Notes under the pieces: generated by a model
Seen by the model: the letters and a program-made list of their open reading frames with translations, nothing else
What the model was told of the DNA's origin: nothing
The model's database searches: none
Source: Schizochytrium sp. TIO01
Lineage: Eukaryota > Protista > Bigyra: Labyrinthulomycetes
Reading direction: 5' to 3'
Assembly (NCBI GenBank): GCA_004764695.1
Contig: SMSO01000035.1
Coordinates: 186,001 to 250,000, forward strand
Length of the DNA: 64,000 nucleotides
Made by a program: the position numbers and the translations under genes
Shown here: positions 21,506 through 33,773 of the stretch, piece after piece
Position numbering within the stretch: the first letter of the stretch is position 1
How the letters are laid out: each line of letters starts with the position of its first letter

Positions 21506-23657
21506 CTTGGCTCGTTAAGAGTTGAAGGGAAACGACAAAGAGAAAACTGAAACACACGACTGAGAAGGACGGGCACTTGGAGTGGTGCAGAGAGGGAAAG
21601 AGAGCTACGAAAATCGCCGGGCGAGGTCCAGCGAGGTATCAGGCCTTTTCTGCTCTGCGCTCCAAGTCATCGATCGATTCTCACTTTCTGCTTAGTTGTT
21701 GCTAATAGCTAAGTAGTTAGATATACAGACAGATTAAATGAAAGTTTTCGATTTAATATATTTTTATTTTAAAAGAAAAGAAAAGAGAAAGCCATTGGGA
21801 TCTTTGTTTACTTTCTCCAGGTTTCCTTCGTCTGTTTCCTCTGCTCTGCAGGTACTACCTACTTAGGCACCCGTGTGGGAGGATGCACAGAGGCAGCGTC
21901 AGAGAATTGTCCAGGCTATGGTAGCAGCTGCAGTACGTATAAGCGTGCGTACGAGAGAGATCTCGCGGCACACACTCGCCTTATGCTAATCGCTCACGGT
22001 CACGGTGTATCTCGAAAAGTAGAAAATAAAAATAAAAGTGCTTCTGCTCCAAGTTGTGCAAAACTAGTACTTACTAGCTAGATAGGTATCTACTACTTTG
22101 ACTACGAACCGATCGAACCTACCTCCTAATCTCTCGCCTTCAACGAGCCGAGCTTTCAAGATTGCTTTATCAGCAGTAATTAGGCCAATGTTTATAATGA
22201 TTATGTTTGCTTTACTTTTTGTACTACATTTTTTTAAAATTAAAATTTAGAAAATAAAATTTTAAGTTCATCACTTGCAGTGCATTTCTCACAAAATGAC
22301 CCCCAACCTGGTGCTTTGATCAATGTATAAAGGGGTATTGAGGGAGTAGTCGAGGAGGACCCCAGTGACGCCATCATTGTTCGCGCCATCACTACGTCGC
22401 GCAAGGCAAGAAAACCTTTTCAAGATAGATAGATGGCTTGTGAAATGCAGCTGTTTTGGTACAGCGAAGCAATACGAGGCACTTGAAGAAGGCGACGAAA
22501 CGACAAGGAGTAAGAGACAGCAAGGCTGTCCCTTTCAGCTGCGAGGTAGTGAAAAAAGCAGCGTAAGTCTTGACTAAGATTTCAATCATAGGGTACTATA
22601 GGAGTAATGGTGCACAACAATGGAAAATGAAGTAATTGTACTCTTACAAAAGGCCTTGCCAAATGGAGTCACATTCTCTTTTTTCTATTTTCAAGAAAAA
22701 GCTGGGTTATGCTTTAACTTTCAGGTTGGCTGCGTTAGTTGTCTGCGAAAATATCAATTGTTATTGAAAGTGGCATACTAGAACTGCATCTTGTATCTAG
22801 ATTTACATGTCGCTTTTGCAGCCAGGCTCACGAGGAAAGGATTGGGTTCAGTGGGACAATGACGAGTGCTGCAAGTTATTTGGAGTTTTCATTCCTACTA
22901 GTCAGAAGACTTAAGTTAAACTCTTATAGCTTGGCTTGGGTAAATACTAAAGCCCGAACAATCACTCACTGTTTTTTCCACATAATTACTACGAGGTACA
23001 GTACGTAATTGTACCCATTTTTTTCTCTTCTGCTTATAGGTAGGTTACCTATGGTAGAATAAAAGGGTAGAAACCCACGATGACTTCCTCCATAGCTAGG
23101 ACCTCCTTTTCAAATTTAAAATAAAATTCTGTAAAAATATCAATCAGCAGAAGCTGACCCCTTCAATTGTTCTAAGAAAAAAGTTAGAAACTTATTTTCT
23201 TATTCTACCACACATGTTTCTATGGTCGCCAATCACACATACGTACAGATGATAAGCAGCAATTGAGAACTATGTATACGACAAGATGAACATCTTCAAA
23301 ACGGTCCCTCAGCTTAGTCACAAAGTCAGCAAAGAAAGAACTCACAATTTCGTGAAAGCACCATATGGCACGAATTCCCATGTACCACCAGAGCATCCCA
23401 GTATTAAACACAACTATGCTTCTATCTGGTACCTTTTCTGCTCTCGCAAATTGAAACACACGAGACCTTCTAGGATATTGGGAAAGGAGATAGAGAGAGA
23501 GAATGGAATAAGCAAAAGGGACAACTTGGAGGTATGCCTGATTTGAAATAGTAAAGATTTATAAGCCCGAGCTCAGCTAACTTGTGCAAAATAACAGATA
23601 TAGACAGCTAGCTAGCTAGGTTGAATGTGAAGGTACTGATAAGGAGGAGAAGGTAGT

Positions 23658-24806
23658 TTAACGGATGAGTTTAGCCCATTGTTGAGAGGGGTCCTCCTTC
23701 TTGAGAATAAGACTCAGGCGAGTGCCTGAGCTACTGAGCTTAGAGCGAGCCCCCTTAATATCATGTGCAAGTTTTGGCAAGTTGAGCGAGAAACGCTCGC
23801 AAATGACGAGACGAACAGAGGAGCTTGTGAATTCAACCTCATGACGAACTTCCTCACTAGGAAGGTCGAGCTTGGATAAGTCCACATAGACAGTAACACT
23901 GGAGGATCCATCAGAAAATGCATAGTCGCGAATGCTGCGATAAGCATTTCCTTGTCCAAGATTTTCCTGGGCCAGGGATTCGTCCTGGAGACGAACGGGG
24001 TCTCCTCCACGGTTAAAGTTCTCCTGTGTTGGGGTCTTGGCGTGTGCGTAATAGTATGAGTTCTCTCCTTTGCGCTGAATGTTTTCCCGAAGGGCACTAT
24101 CGCTGCTGTCTGCAGAATCGATGCTATTGTTAATAACCTGAGCTGCATCATTGGCGGCACTCTTGGAGACCCCACCGGCATCTACAAAGCGTTTAGGAGG
24201 AGCAGTAGGAGTTGGAGTGCTGGGGCTGCCACCGAGGCTTCGAGCTTGCGGAACACTGAAGCCAGCAAGCAGTACAAATCCGAGAGTTGTGCCTACAGCT
24301 GCTGCTGCAGACATAAGATCAGCACACAGTTTCCAACCTTGAGAAAATAGCAAAGCAACCTGCACAGCATGCACGCATGCCAGCGTACCCATGAGGGCGT
24401 TAAGCTTGATGAGGGCTGCGTTCTTAGATCCAGAGTTGTCGTCCTGAGAGAACCAAAGCTCCCAGCTGAGGGCTACGTGCAGAACAGTGGCTGCCAAAGA
24501 CCCCTTGAGCAGAGCACTGCTGGATGCCGAGGCATCTTCCGAAGACTTGTATAAGAGCACGTAGCTGCTGAGAGCTCCAGAGGCGACCTCCATCATAAGA
24601 AGCTGAGAGCTGACTCTCTTTTGCTGCAGAGCATTGACGTCACGTACGACCTCTTTATCGGAGGACTCACCCTTAAGTCCACGAGACCCCAAGGCCAGGC
24701 GCATGCCCGCTGCCACGAACCGCGCTGCTGGCACGAGCACTGCGCAGGCCACCAGCGCTGCGCCCGGCAGGTATGGCCTGTAGCCGCCGCAGACTACTTG
24801 ATCCAT
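23658..24806 (-). CDS. Multi-pass membrane protein with C-terminal CS (p23/HSP20-like) domain
   Basis: First ATG at 24806 in ACCATGG context (the track's start at 24920 is TTG). Several hydrophobic segments, then ENIQRKGENSYYYAH and a CS-like tail YAFSD....VTVYVDL...V.FT..SV.L....L.LPKLAH.I...L.LKKE...W.KL. Confidence 0.75.
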   Translation of the reverse strand: MDQVVCGGYRPYLPGAALVACAVLVPAARFVAAGMRLALGSRGLKGESSDKEVVRDVNALQQKRVSSQLLMMEVASGALSSYVLLYKSSEDASASSSALLKGSLAATVLHVALSWELWFSQDDNSGSKNAALIKLNALMGTLACVHAVQVALLFSQGWKLCADLMSAAAAVGTTLGFVLLAGFSVPQARSLGGSPSTPTPTAPPKRFVDAGGVSKSAANDAAQVINNSIDSADSSDSALRENIQRKGENSYYYAHAKTPTQENFNRGGDPVRLQDESLAQENLGQGNAYRSIRDYAFSDGSSSVTVYVDLSKLDLPSEEVRHEVEFTSSSVRLVICERFSLNLPKLAHDIKGARSKLSSSGTRLSLILKKEDPSQQWAKLIR

Positions 24807-26232
24807 GGTCGGCCACCAAAATTGACTTCTCTTGCGAGATCCCTTAGATCGTTTCGGATTTGCTGATGGGAATTGATGATAGACGACCAACTTCACATAG
24901 CTTTTTGGAGCAAATTGCAATTCACGAATGGAAAATGTAATGCAATGTGATTTGATAGAGTTTAGCTTAGTAGACCCCTAGTGGTCTCAGCGCAACACTT
25001 ACTCTTCCTCCCACGAGATACCCTAGGTAGGTCTCTAGCTATGTACCTTGGTGTAAAGGCACGGGAACGCATCGCGCGGCGAAAAGAGCAACGAGATTGG
25101 TCAAACTATGAGTTGAAATGTTTTGAAGATGAGATGCTGGGATACGTTTTGGCATTTCGCTTGCTTGGAAACAGGCATTTGATATATATAGATAGGGGAG
25201 ATACAAATTTTCCGCCAGTCCGGAAAGATTAAGCTTTCCCAGCAACTCCTTTTGAATGTGCACATGTATCTCTGTTCGGATGGGTCGAAAGTTTATGCGT
25301 ACGCTGTTTCTAGAACTAGATACCTGTCAATCTAAGCTGGTACCAATGACCAGAGATAATTAATGCTCAAAGCTATGTAAATATCAAATATAGTCCGAGT
25401 TTTGTGGGTCAACAGCGCAAAATCAGGATCAAAAAGAAAGGGTATCAATGATCGACACGTTGACAAAGTTTCTTCTGCATTCATGCTGCAAGCTGGATAA
25501 AATGCCTGCATTCCCTGAACAACGCTGATTGCAGGTTCCGAAATAAGAAAAACTCACACTGCCAAGTCTTGTGTAGGACGCATGACATATTCTATACCAC
25601 CTGTGAACACTCTACAATCGCGCTCAGGATGGTCTCTTCATTGTGTTCTTTGAAGCTACAGTCTGCCTGCGATGCTTTCGGACTTCATCGTCTCATCAGC
25701 TCCCTTCGGCTGCCAAATTTTCTGCCCATTCACCACGCTCCCAATCCCTGTTGGCACTGATACTACTAAGCATACAATAGATTAAAATATGCATACTAGT
25801 ATGCGTTTTCGTTTTCAGACACGAATAAAGTACACCACCCAATCCCAGCCACCCCCAAAAATAGAGGCTTAAAAAGAGGTCTATCCTTGACTGGTTTAGA
25901 GCAGGGCACTACAAGCGTCGACCTGAGCGAGGCAGTTCCGCTCGCCAGACCCAGCCTGCCAGCGAGCGAGCAGAAGCGCGCATCGCAGAGGAGAAGCCGG
26001 CGTTGAGGTCGGCCCTCCTGATCCTCCCTTTGCCGCTGCGTCCTTTCCAGGCGTTTTTTCGCCCGCTGAGCAGCTCTACGTCTTCAAGTTTGGCCTTCAC
26101 GCGGCCAACCTTTTATCTGCATCCAGGCCAGACATCGGCAGCGACGCGACCCTGTACAACTGTAGGGTCAACTCGCCCCCGATATCATCCTTTTAGGCTC
26201 TTGAGGATCTTAACAAGACCTTTTTCAAGACT

Positions 26233-28842
26233 ATGAAGCTCGTGCACCGTGGCGGTTCGTCAAGCGAAGATGGCGCCATTTTGGGCGCCGCTTGGGCTTG
26301 GCGCCCTTCACAGGCAGGTGCCTCGCTCGCTCAGAGCCTTGTTGATGCTGCTGTGGAGGCATGCCGCGTAGGGCGCGTCTCTCGTTCTCACAAGACTTCT
26401 CTCGCTGCATCCAAATCCGAGGCTGCTCTTCGGAAACGCCTTGTAGCAGATCATCTGCAAAGTGGTTCCGACGTGCTCGTGGTTTCCGGCTCACGGGCTG
26501 TCTCAGTATATTCTGCAGATGACTGGGCTTGCCTCAAGTCCTGGTCCAGCCCTGCCGAAGGTCGATCCCTTTCACAGGCTGCTGTCGTAGTGCCTGGAAC
26601 TTCAACGATTGTAGCTGTCGATGAGCGCGATAATGTTGTGATGTGGGACTATTTTCAGGAGGGACTTCAACTGCCCTGTGAAGATACCGAGAACGCCAGC
26701 AGCGGGCAAAACAAGCGTGGATCACGCAAAGGTGCTGGCCAGAAGAGGCGTGTGGTTCGCTTAGCTACATCACCCTCACTTGTTGGTCTCTTTGTAACGG
26801 TGTACAGTGACGGAGAGCTTATTCTGAGGTGCAAGGATGCCGAGCTTGCCGTCTCTCCGGCACCTAAGGACCGTCCTGAGCTTTTGCAAGCAACCGTGGT
26901 TCCGACTGGCGGAAGCTTTTGGGCCGTAGTCTGCACGGAAATCGTACAAGAGGCTGTAGAAGAGGATGGAGAAGAAGATACCAAGTCGAACGGGAAGACC
27001 AAGGGACGAGCAGGCAAGGTAGCTACCAAGAGCGTGCTCAGAGTTCGTGTAGTGGACCTTCACCCACATGGTTTTGGACAAACTCACGTCCAGGTTCTAG
27101 AGACTGGAGAAAGGGTACCAGAGGACGTGCTGGCGGTTTTGCCAAGCACATCATCACGGGTGACTGTCGTGTGGAAAGATGGAGCTTGCGCGTCAGCAAA
27201 TATCACGCGCTCTGCGTATGCTGAGGTTGCCCTCTCGGTGCCGACAAAGGTACCTGGAGGTGACGTGACGTGCTGCGATGCTGTTACCTCTGCGGAAAGC
27301 TCTATCGCTCTTGTGGCTTCAGGCAAGCGCCTCGTGGCTTGGGACGCGTGCCTTGGCGTGGAGCTTGGCGGTACATCGTACAAAAGCAACGTCAACTATG
27401 TGTCCTTCCTTAGCCTCGAGGGGCAAGCTGCTGTAAACGCTTCAAACGCCAATGCTGGATCTTCGACTGATGATGACCAAGCTGCGATGGTTGCTGTGGT
27501 GCTTGAAAACAGCGACGTATACGTAGATTTGATGGGCTCTGCTGCCACCGCCTCAGATGCACCTTTTGCAGCAGCGCTTCGTCCCTCACGCCTCATCGAC
27601 GCTGTTGAGCGCCGCAAGCTTCGTAAGAGACCCCGTGCTGAGTCAATTAACAACAGCAAGAACAGTAACGTCACGATGCTTCACGGCGACTTGACACAGC
27701 TCCTGGAGAGTGCAGAGCCAGTAGACAGTGCCAGTTGGACCAAGGCTCTCACCGCCATTGGTGCTGAAGATGCTAACGAAAGCAGCAGCCGTAAAACCCC
27801 GGCTAGCAAGAAGTCTCGCCGCAAGACACAAGGTGAGAATGGCGATATTAGCAACGACTTGAGTAAACTCGAGGCCCAGCCAGAGGTTGCTGACCTTTCT
27901 GTGGAGTTTGTTCGCGTCAAGGTGGCCTCCTTGGTGGCAGCTAAAGACTGGAGCAAACTCGAGGAGGTTATTCGTAATGGAACTGTATCAGTTTCCACGA
28001 ACCCTGAGGTGATCCCGGCGCTCATCAAAGCAAACAACGTCATGCTCCTGTATCTGTGCATCATGTACGTCAGCGATCTGGGAGAAGGGGATATGGTTAG
28101 CATTCTTCGCTTTGTACTCACAGAGTGCGAAGCAAGCGCACTCGCAGACTTCACGGAGCGCATTAAGCAGGTCATTGAATCCGAGGCAGCCGAGGATAGT
28201 GCCGCGAAAAAGAAGGGTTCAAAGGGAGCGGTATTGAACTTGAAGGGTCTTTCTAAGTACAAGAAGCAGGCCGAACTCCGTCGCCTTGCCAACAAGGAGG
28301 TTCAGATCGCCGAGCGCAGGGCAAGATACCAGCGTATCACAGAATTTTTCAAATTTCTCTCACCAGAACAGCTTGGCGTGCAATTTGTAACCATGGCAGC
28401 CATGTGCAACATCCGCAACGAGGTTTTCTTTGTGCGAGCTGCTCGCAGCCTGCCGCAGTCTTGCCTCTTGTCACTCTTTGAGGGTGCTGCGTCTCTGCTC
28501 GTATACTTCGAAAACATGCCTCTCAATGCTAAGGACTACCTTTTCAACCCCCATGGATACAAGGGCCGCCACGCTATTCTCATTCCCAACGTGAGCTTCC
28601 TCCTCGTGTGGCTCTGCGCTTTGTTGGATGCAGGCCTCCCCGTTATGATCAAGAACACCGCTGCTTCTGAGAAGGTTCGTAAATCTGTCGAGCGCATTGC
28701 AACCATCTCCAAGCACAACGCTACGTTATGTGAACGTCTTAACGCGGTGCGTCAACCGCTGCGTTTCTGCCTCAAGATGAACAAGGATGTCAACCCTTCA
28801 TCTACCATCGGTGACTACGTTGTAGAGACCGTAGAGTTCTAA
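26233..28842 (+). CDS. NOL11/Utp8-like nucleolar protein (SSU processome t-UTP-like)
   Basis: 869-aa ORF with strong codon bias; beta-rich N-half; helical C-half with LLYLCIMYVSDLGEGDMVSILRFVL and WLCALLDA; C-terminal GDYVVETVEF resembles the NOL11/Utp8 Y-x-I-E-x-L ending. Family assignment from motif recall only. Confidence 0.6.
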   Translation: MKLVHRGGSSSEDGAILGAAWAWRPSQAGASLAQSLVDAAVEACRVGRVSRSHKTSLAASKSEAALRKRLVADHLQSGSDVLVVSGSRAVSVYSADDWACLKSWSSPAEGRSLSQAAVVVPGTSTIVAVDERDNVVMWDYFQEGLQLPCEDTENASSGQNKRGSRKGAGQKRRVVRLATSPSLVGLFVTVYSDGELILRCKDAELAVSPAPKDRPELLQATVVPTGGSFWAVVCTEIVQEAVEEDGEEDTKSNGKTKGRAGKVATKSVLRVRVVDLHPHGFGQTHVQVLETGERVPEDVLAVLPSTSSRVTVVWKDGACASANITRSAYAEVALSVPTKVPGGDVTCCDAVTSAESSIALVASGKRLVAWDACLGVELGGTSYKSNVNYVSFLSLEGQAAVNASNANAGSSTDDDQAAMVAVVLENSDVYVDLMGSAATASDAPFAAALRPSRLIDAVERRKLRKRPRAESINNSKNSNVTMLHGDLTQLLESAEPVDSASWTKALTAIGAEDANESSSRKTPASKKSRRKTQGENGDISNDLSKLEAQPEVADLSVEFVRVKVASLVAAKDWSKLEEVIRNGTVSVSTNPEVIPALIKANNVMLLYLCIMYVSDLGEGDMVSILRFVLTECEASALADFTERIKQVIESEAAEDSAAKKKGSKGAVLNLKGLSKYKKQAELRRLANKEVQIAERRARYQRITEFFKFLSPEQLGVQFVTMAAMCNIRNEVFFVRAARSLPQSCLLSLFEGAASLLVYFENMPLNAKDYLFNPHGYKGRHAILIPNVSFLLVWLCALLDAGLPVMIKNTAASEKVRKSVERIATISKHNATLCERLNAVRQPLRFCLKMNKDVNPSSTIGDYVVETVEF

Positions 28843-29579
28843 ATGTTTTTTGTCGTCGCATCCTTCGTATATGGCACTACTACTAGTAATAGTAGCAGTA
28901 GTTTCATCCAATATTACAAAACACACCCAAAACATATCAACTTCCCTGACTCAATGTTATCCATGCAATAATTAGGGTCAGCCATATGGGCTGTGTAACG
29001 AGTGAGTGATCTCACTCTAAACACATCCAATCTACCTAACGCAAACTTTTTTTCTTCCCCTGCTCAACTTCACCACCTCAACTTTTCGTAACTCAACCAT
29101 TTAGGAAAACCAGAAATAAAAATTACATTCTTTACTACTTCAAACTGCTTATAGAATTTCTGCAATTTCTGCACGCACATCTTGGAGTTTACGTCGTTGT
29201 AGTCTGTTTGTGCAAGATTCAAGGTGTTCTACTATTTTTTAGAATTGATCTTGTAATAGATTATTTTTGAAGAGAGGTATGCTGTAATAATTGCAGACAA
29301 GAATAGATGCCTGCCTCCAGACTTTAAAGGATAATTTTGCGATTACGCGTAAGGCTTAAGAGAAGAGCTACGAGAAGATAATATACGATCGCAAAGTTTC
29401 ATGTGTTGCAATGGTTCATAATCTCTTCCGTGAACACCACCTACAAACAAATTTGCTTATCTACCTTTTAATACTAGCTAATACAGTTCAGGTATATGTA
29501 ACGTGAAGCTTATCTTTCTTGTGAGCTATTTCATACTCTCCAACTCAAATATAGAGACTTTCAACTCTGGAGGACCGGC

Positions 29580-31553
29580 CTACCTCTCGGAGATGATTTC
29601 TACTAAACGACCCTCGTCTGCAAGAACCTCAGCAGCCTCTTCAGTCTTTAGCCACTCTTCCAGACTCATGGGTTCCTCAATATCCCCGTCGGGCCATTGC
29701 ACAGTTTTAAAGGACTCTAGTGGAACCCCGGATACTTTTTGAATACCAGCTGCCCAATACATGGCTTGGCGGACCTTTTCAAATTTAAGAACCCAGGGCT
29801 TGTCCCCGGTCTTGCGCAAAAAGAGAATGGGAGATGAATTGCATGCGAGCTCCATTTCCACGGAATCATCAATCACAAAAACTCTTGACAAATTGCTCAT
29901 GGAATGGTCCAGCTCAGTTTCACTGTACGACAGTTCTACCTGCAGAACAGTACTACCATCAACTCCTCGACCAATCACAAGATCGAGTGAGAAGAATCTC
30001 TTAACCCATGCACTGCCGAGAGAGAGGTGTTGCTTTAGACGCATTGCCTTCCCACGAAGAAAATTTTTAGTAAAAAGGACGTCAGTAGCGTCGTCAAGCG
30101 CGCCTCGTTCGATAAACTGATTTGAATCCTGAGATTGAGATGACGAAGCATCACTCGTTCGGATGCGTCTCAAAGAGGTTAACTTAGGGTCTTCGTCCAT
30201 CCACGTTTCCACATTCGGAGGAACTCGAACATTAGAATAAGGCCAGTCTAAGCGTGTACTTGATTCAGCTGTAAGGCGGGCCGCCGCTTGTAGACCAATG
30301 GCCCAATACATCGCGAAATCCACATTTGCAGACTGCAAAGTCCAGCAGGTATTTCCTGTTGTAATCCACAGGCAACATTTGGCTCCAAACCCAAGGCGGA
30401 GAGTTGATTTGTTCGTAATTGTCAAAGTTTTACAAACCAAGCCAAGAGAGTAGTCATCTTCATCATGAGCATATGCAAGCTGAAGCTCCGCTACGAGTTC
30501 ATCGTTGTCCTTCCTCTGACTTACCAAAAGCTGGAGAACAAAGTAGCGCTTGACCCACTGGTTGCTGTGCGAAATTTGTGAATATGTGGATGTCAGCCGG
30601 CGCATCATTCCGCGCATAAAAACATGTTTTCGTACGATATTTTTGGAACTTGCTTTACCCCATTTGATAGGAGCAAGTGCAGATACTGTTTGAATAGTAT
30701 CGATCTCTGCCTCCTTTGCCTCAGTGATCGTATCTGTGTCGTTAAAATCACCGTCACTACCCTCCGCAGACACCACCGTCGCTACTGCTGCTGTCTCGCT
30801 ATGAGAATCTGAATGAGGGCTAGACTCCTCATCTTCATCATTCTCAGTTTTGCCACTGCGATGCTTATTATGGCGATGACGCTCCTTCGAGGATTCCTTC
30901 TTCCTACTCTTAGTCAACTTGGTTTTGCTCGCAACATCTGAATCGACTGAAGAAGCGTCGTCCTCGTCGTCGTCCTCCTCATCATCATTGTTATCTGCAG
31001 AATTTTTATCATCGATATCGCTGCAATGATCAGAAGATAATGTTTTGCTTGATTTACTACGATGCTTCCTGCCTCGTGAGCTTTTCTTGGCACTTTTATC
31101 ATGCTTGCTTGATTTTTTTCGATGCGAAGAAGGCTCGGCCTCCTCAATCGAATCATCACCAGTTACTTGATCTCTGTCGCGTCGCTTGTGTTTCTTATGT
31201 TTCTTTTCTTTCTTGTCCTTCTTGTCTTTCTTCGACGATGAGTGAGAAACAGAAGCAGACTTTTCTCGATGGCGCAAACTATTATCTCCTTTGGCAGAGC
31301 TCCGTGGAGTTAGTATAGATGTTTGATCTCTTGATTCGGATCCCCTCTTCTTTTTGTGAGATTTTCGATCTAAATTTCGCTCTTGAGCGTCTCTATCATT
31401 GGCGAAGTTGTCATCATCTGATATATTCGGAGAGCCTGACGTCTTGTGTGATGATTGCCTCTCATGATGGTGCCGGCGATCTTTCACATGATTGTTCTTG
31501 GATTCCGCTTCAAGCTGGACTTCGTACTCGTCGTCGTCAAAGTCTGCGAGCAT
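29580..31553 (-). CDS. Protein with K/S/D-rich disordered N-half and two tandem PH-like domains
   Basis: Two aligned repeats with WVKRYFVL / WVKRFFSL and AMYWAIGLQ / AMYWAAGIQ. A possible terminal intron (29583-29441) would extend the C-terminus to 29416. Confidence 0.75.
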   Translation of the reverse strand: MLADFDDDEYEVQLEAESKNNHVKDRRHHHERQSSHKTSGSPNISDDDNFANDRDAQERNLDRKSHKKKRGSESRDQTSILTPRSSAKGDNSLRHREKSASVSHSSSKKDKKDKKEKKHKKHKRRDRDQVTGDDSIEEAEPSSHRKKSSKHDKSAKKSSRGRKHRSKSSKTLSSDHCSDIDDKNSADNNDDEEDDDEDDASSVDSDVASKTKLTKSRKKESSKERHRHNKHRSGKTENDEDEESSPHSDSHSETAAVATVVSAEGSDGDFNDTDTITEAKEAEIDTIQTVSALAPIKWGKASSKNIVRKHVFMRGMMRRLTSTYSQISHSNQWVKRYFVLQLLVSQRKDNDELVAELQLAYAHDEDDYSLGLVCKTLTITNKSTLRLGFGAKCCLWITTGNTCWTLQSANVDFAMYWAIGLQAAARLTAESSTRLDWPYSNVRVPPNVETWMDEDPKLTSLRRIRTSDASSSQSQDSNQFIERGALDDATDVLFTKNFLRGKAMRLKQHLSLGSAWVKRFFSLDLVIGRGVDGSTVLQVELSYSETELDHSMSNLSRVFVIDDSVEMELACNSSPILFLRKTGDKPWVLKFEKVRQAMYWAAGIQKVSGVPLESFKTVQWPDGDIEEPMSLEEWLKTEEAAEVLADEGRLVEIISER

Positions 31554-32960
31554 TTTGCCTTGATACCTTTTATCACCTCACGGAGCAGAGCGTGTGCGAC
31601 TGCTTCACAACAGTTTCCAATTGAGACCAAGAAGCGTCACTTCAACAAGTGAATGTGTTTGTCTCTGTCTGCGCACTACCATGGCATGTACTGTGTTATT
31701 GCATATACGAGTTTGGAGTGAGTAACGAGACTCCAGCGTTCTAAGTTCTTATGTTCGATTTTCGACTTTCAAATGCACACCTTTTGTTTTATAAGTTATT
31801 TTCGTAGGAGCCTGGAAAACACTGCACATTTACTTCTTAAGATACATCTACCTACTTAGCGAGGTGTAGTTGTGCAGTAGTACAAATAATCGTCCTTCGA
31901 GACTTAGTCAAGCTGAATGTAGAAAGGGGGGGACGATCAATCGTTCGTAGTAGAGTATTTTGATCAAAGGGTTACTTATAAAAGTCTTGTAATAGGAAAG
32001 AAAATATGAAAGATGAAAACAGCTATCGCGTGCGTCGATGAGGAACCTTTCAACTTTATTGAACAGAACTAGAGCGCTAGTCGCTCGCGAAAATGTAGGC
32101 AAAGATGAAACCAAGTTAGAGAGCACCAACTAGGGACTTGGGTAATTCTATAATTTTATGAACTATGGTGAATTGAAGAGAGGCAACCCAAAGTAAATAA
32201 TGCTAGCAGCGGTGCTCTATATTGTCAAGAGAAGCAACGCTTTATGAGCTTCGCTAGCCTTTCGGATTTTCTTCTTAGTCTTCGTGCCTGTCACGTGTGA
32301 TTGACTTTGAAGTATTTAGCGTGTATATGACTTCATGAGGCGTCTCTGTTGCAAAATCGCACACTGAAACACGGTTCGTTTCTTATTGCAACCAAACTAT
32401 CAAGATACCTAGACAAGTCTTTACTTTAGTCCTTCATATTTATTCTTTGCCAACTCTCTGCACAACCAGGCCTCCCATGCACCTCTATCTTACATCATGC
32501 AATGACAACATGAAAACCATTGCAGCCTACACTTGTCACCGCGAAGCAAGCACTTTTTTAAAAATAAGAAAAGGCCTGTGATGAACTGCTCTTGTGGAAA
32601 TAATTATGTCTTAAACTTCCAAGTTTATTAACCAGGTAAAGAAAGCTAGAGCAATAACACTGCGCTCTACTCTTAAGGTATTTGGTAAGAGAATAGGGAA
32701 ACGCAACGGACCGTAACGGAATTTTTAATGGGGCCAAAGAGTCTGAGTGTTGCATATTGTGGTGCACCCAGTGTTGGTAATTTTAGGAGATTCTTAAAGG
32801 GGATTAAAAGGAAAGAACATCTTGAGTCCCCATAGACTTTATTAACCTTATGGGAGGGTAGGACGACTGTGCAAGCCTGGAGAGAACCCACGAAGATGAG
32901 CAAAGGTTGATTTTGTGAAAATGGGAGGTGCTTTTTTATTACTAAAAGGTAGTCAGTACT

Positions 32961-33118
32961 ATGGAGCAACACAACTCTGGCTTCTAATTGAGCATTCTTC
33001 GCGCATGGAGAAAGGGAACTATTTTCTAAGGAGGTCTCGATGGAGCAACACAACTCTGGCTTCTAATTGAGCATTCTTCGCGCATGGAGAAAGGGAACTA
33101 TTTTCTAAGGAGGTCTTG
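32961..33118. repeat. Tandem duplication, 2 x 79 bp (1 mismatch)
   Basis: ATGGAGCAACACAACTCTGG...AAGGAGGTCT(C/T)G at 32961 and 33040. Confidence 0.95.
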
Positions 33119-33773
33119 ATAGCCCTTTAAGAAAAGAGTGCCCCCGCGAAAACACACTCATGTATAGGCCAGGGCAAGAGAAGAGGAAATAGGTTAAGCC
33201 ATATCTGTAGCGTGATACAACAATCATTTTGTTTTGAGCTTTGGTGAATAAAGTTCCGGGTTAGCAGTCAATGTGCATGCCCTTCTTTGCATTTTTGCCA
33301 AGCCTTGAAGAAAGAGGTGTTTCTTTTTTTAACTTTCCATAAAGTGTGCTTGCATGCAAGCTTTGGTCTTGGAGGAAGACGGGAACTTTTTCTGAGGCCT
33401 CCTCTCACAGACACAGTCGTTCTAACGTTTTGTAGTTGAGTACAGTTGCATTCTCCATTTAAAGCAACAAAGAGGTAGCCCTGGATGCGATGACCCGAGG
33501 CCGATTCATTTGAACCTTGATCATGCTACAGCAACTGGGCAGGGAAGAGCGTACGGGATAAAAGAAGAGACAGCGTCAGGGGCAGCGTGGCGTGGCGTAA
33601 CGTGACGCTGCGCTCGCTGCCCAAAGTTGCTTACCTTATTTAAAAAGAGTTTGTAGTTACAGAGAGCCTTAAGTAGTTGAATTCTATTCTAGCAGAGCCA
33701 ACGCAATAGAAGCTATCAAGACGAAGTAATCAACGTGAGCGAGGCCAATACTATTTGCTTATCTGCTGGTAAT

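Noticed and set aside
20354-21550. 398-aa ORF antisense to MVD
   Set aside because: Shadow frame of a strongly codon-biased gene; GTG start and no recognisable motifs.
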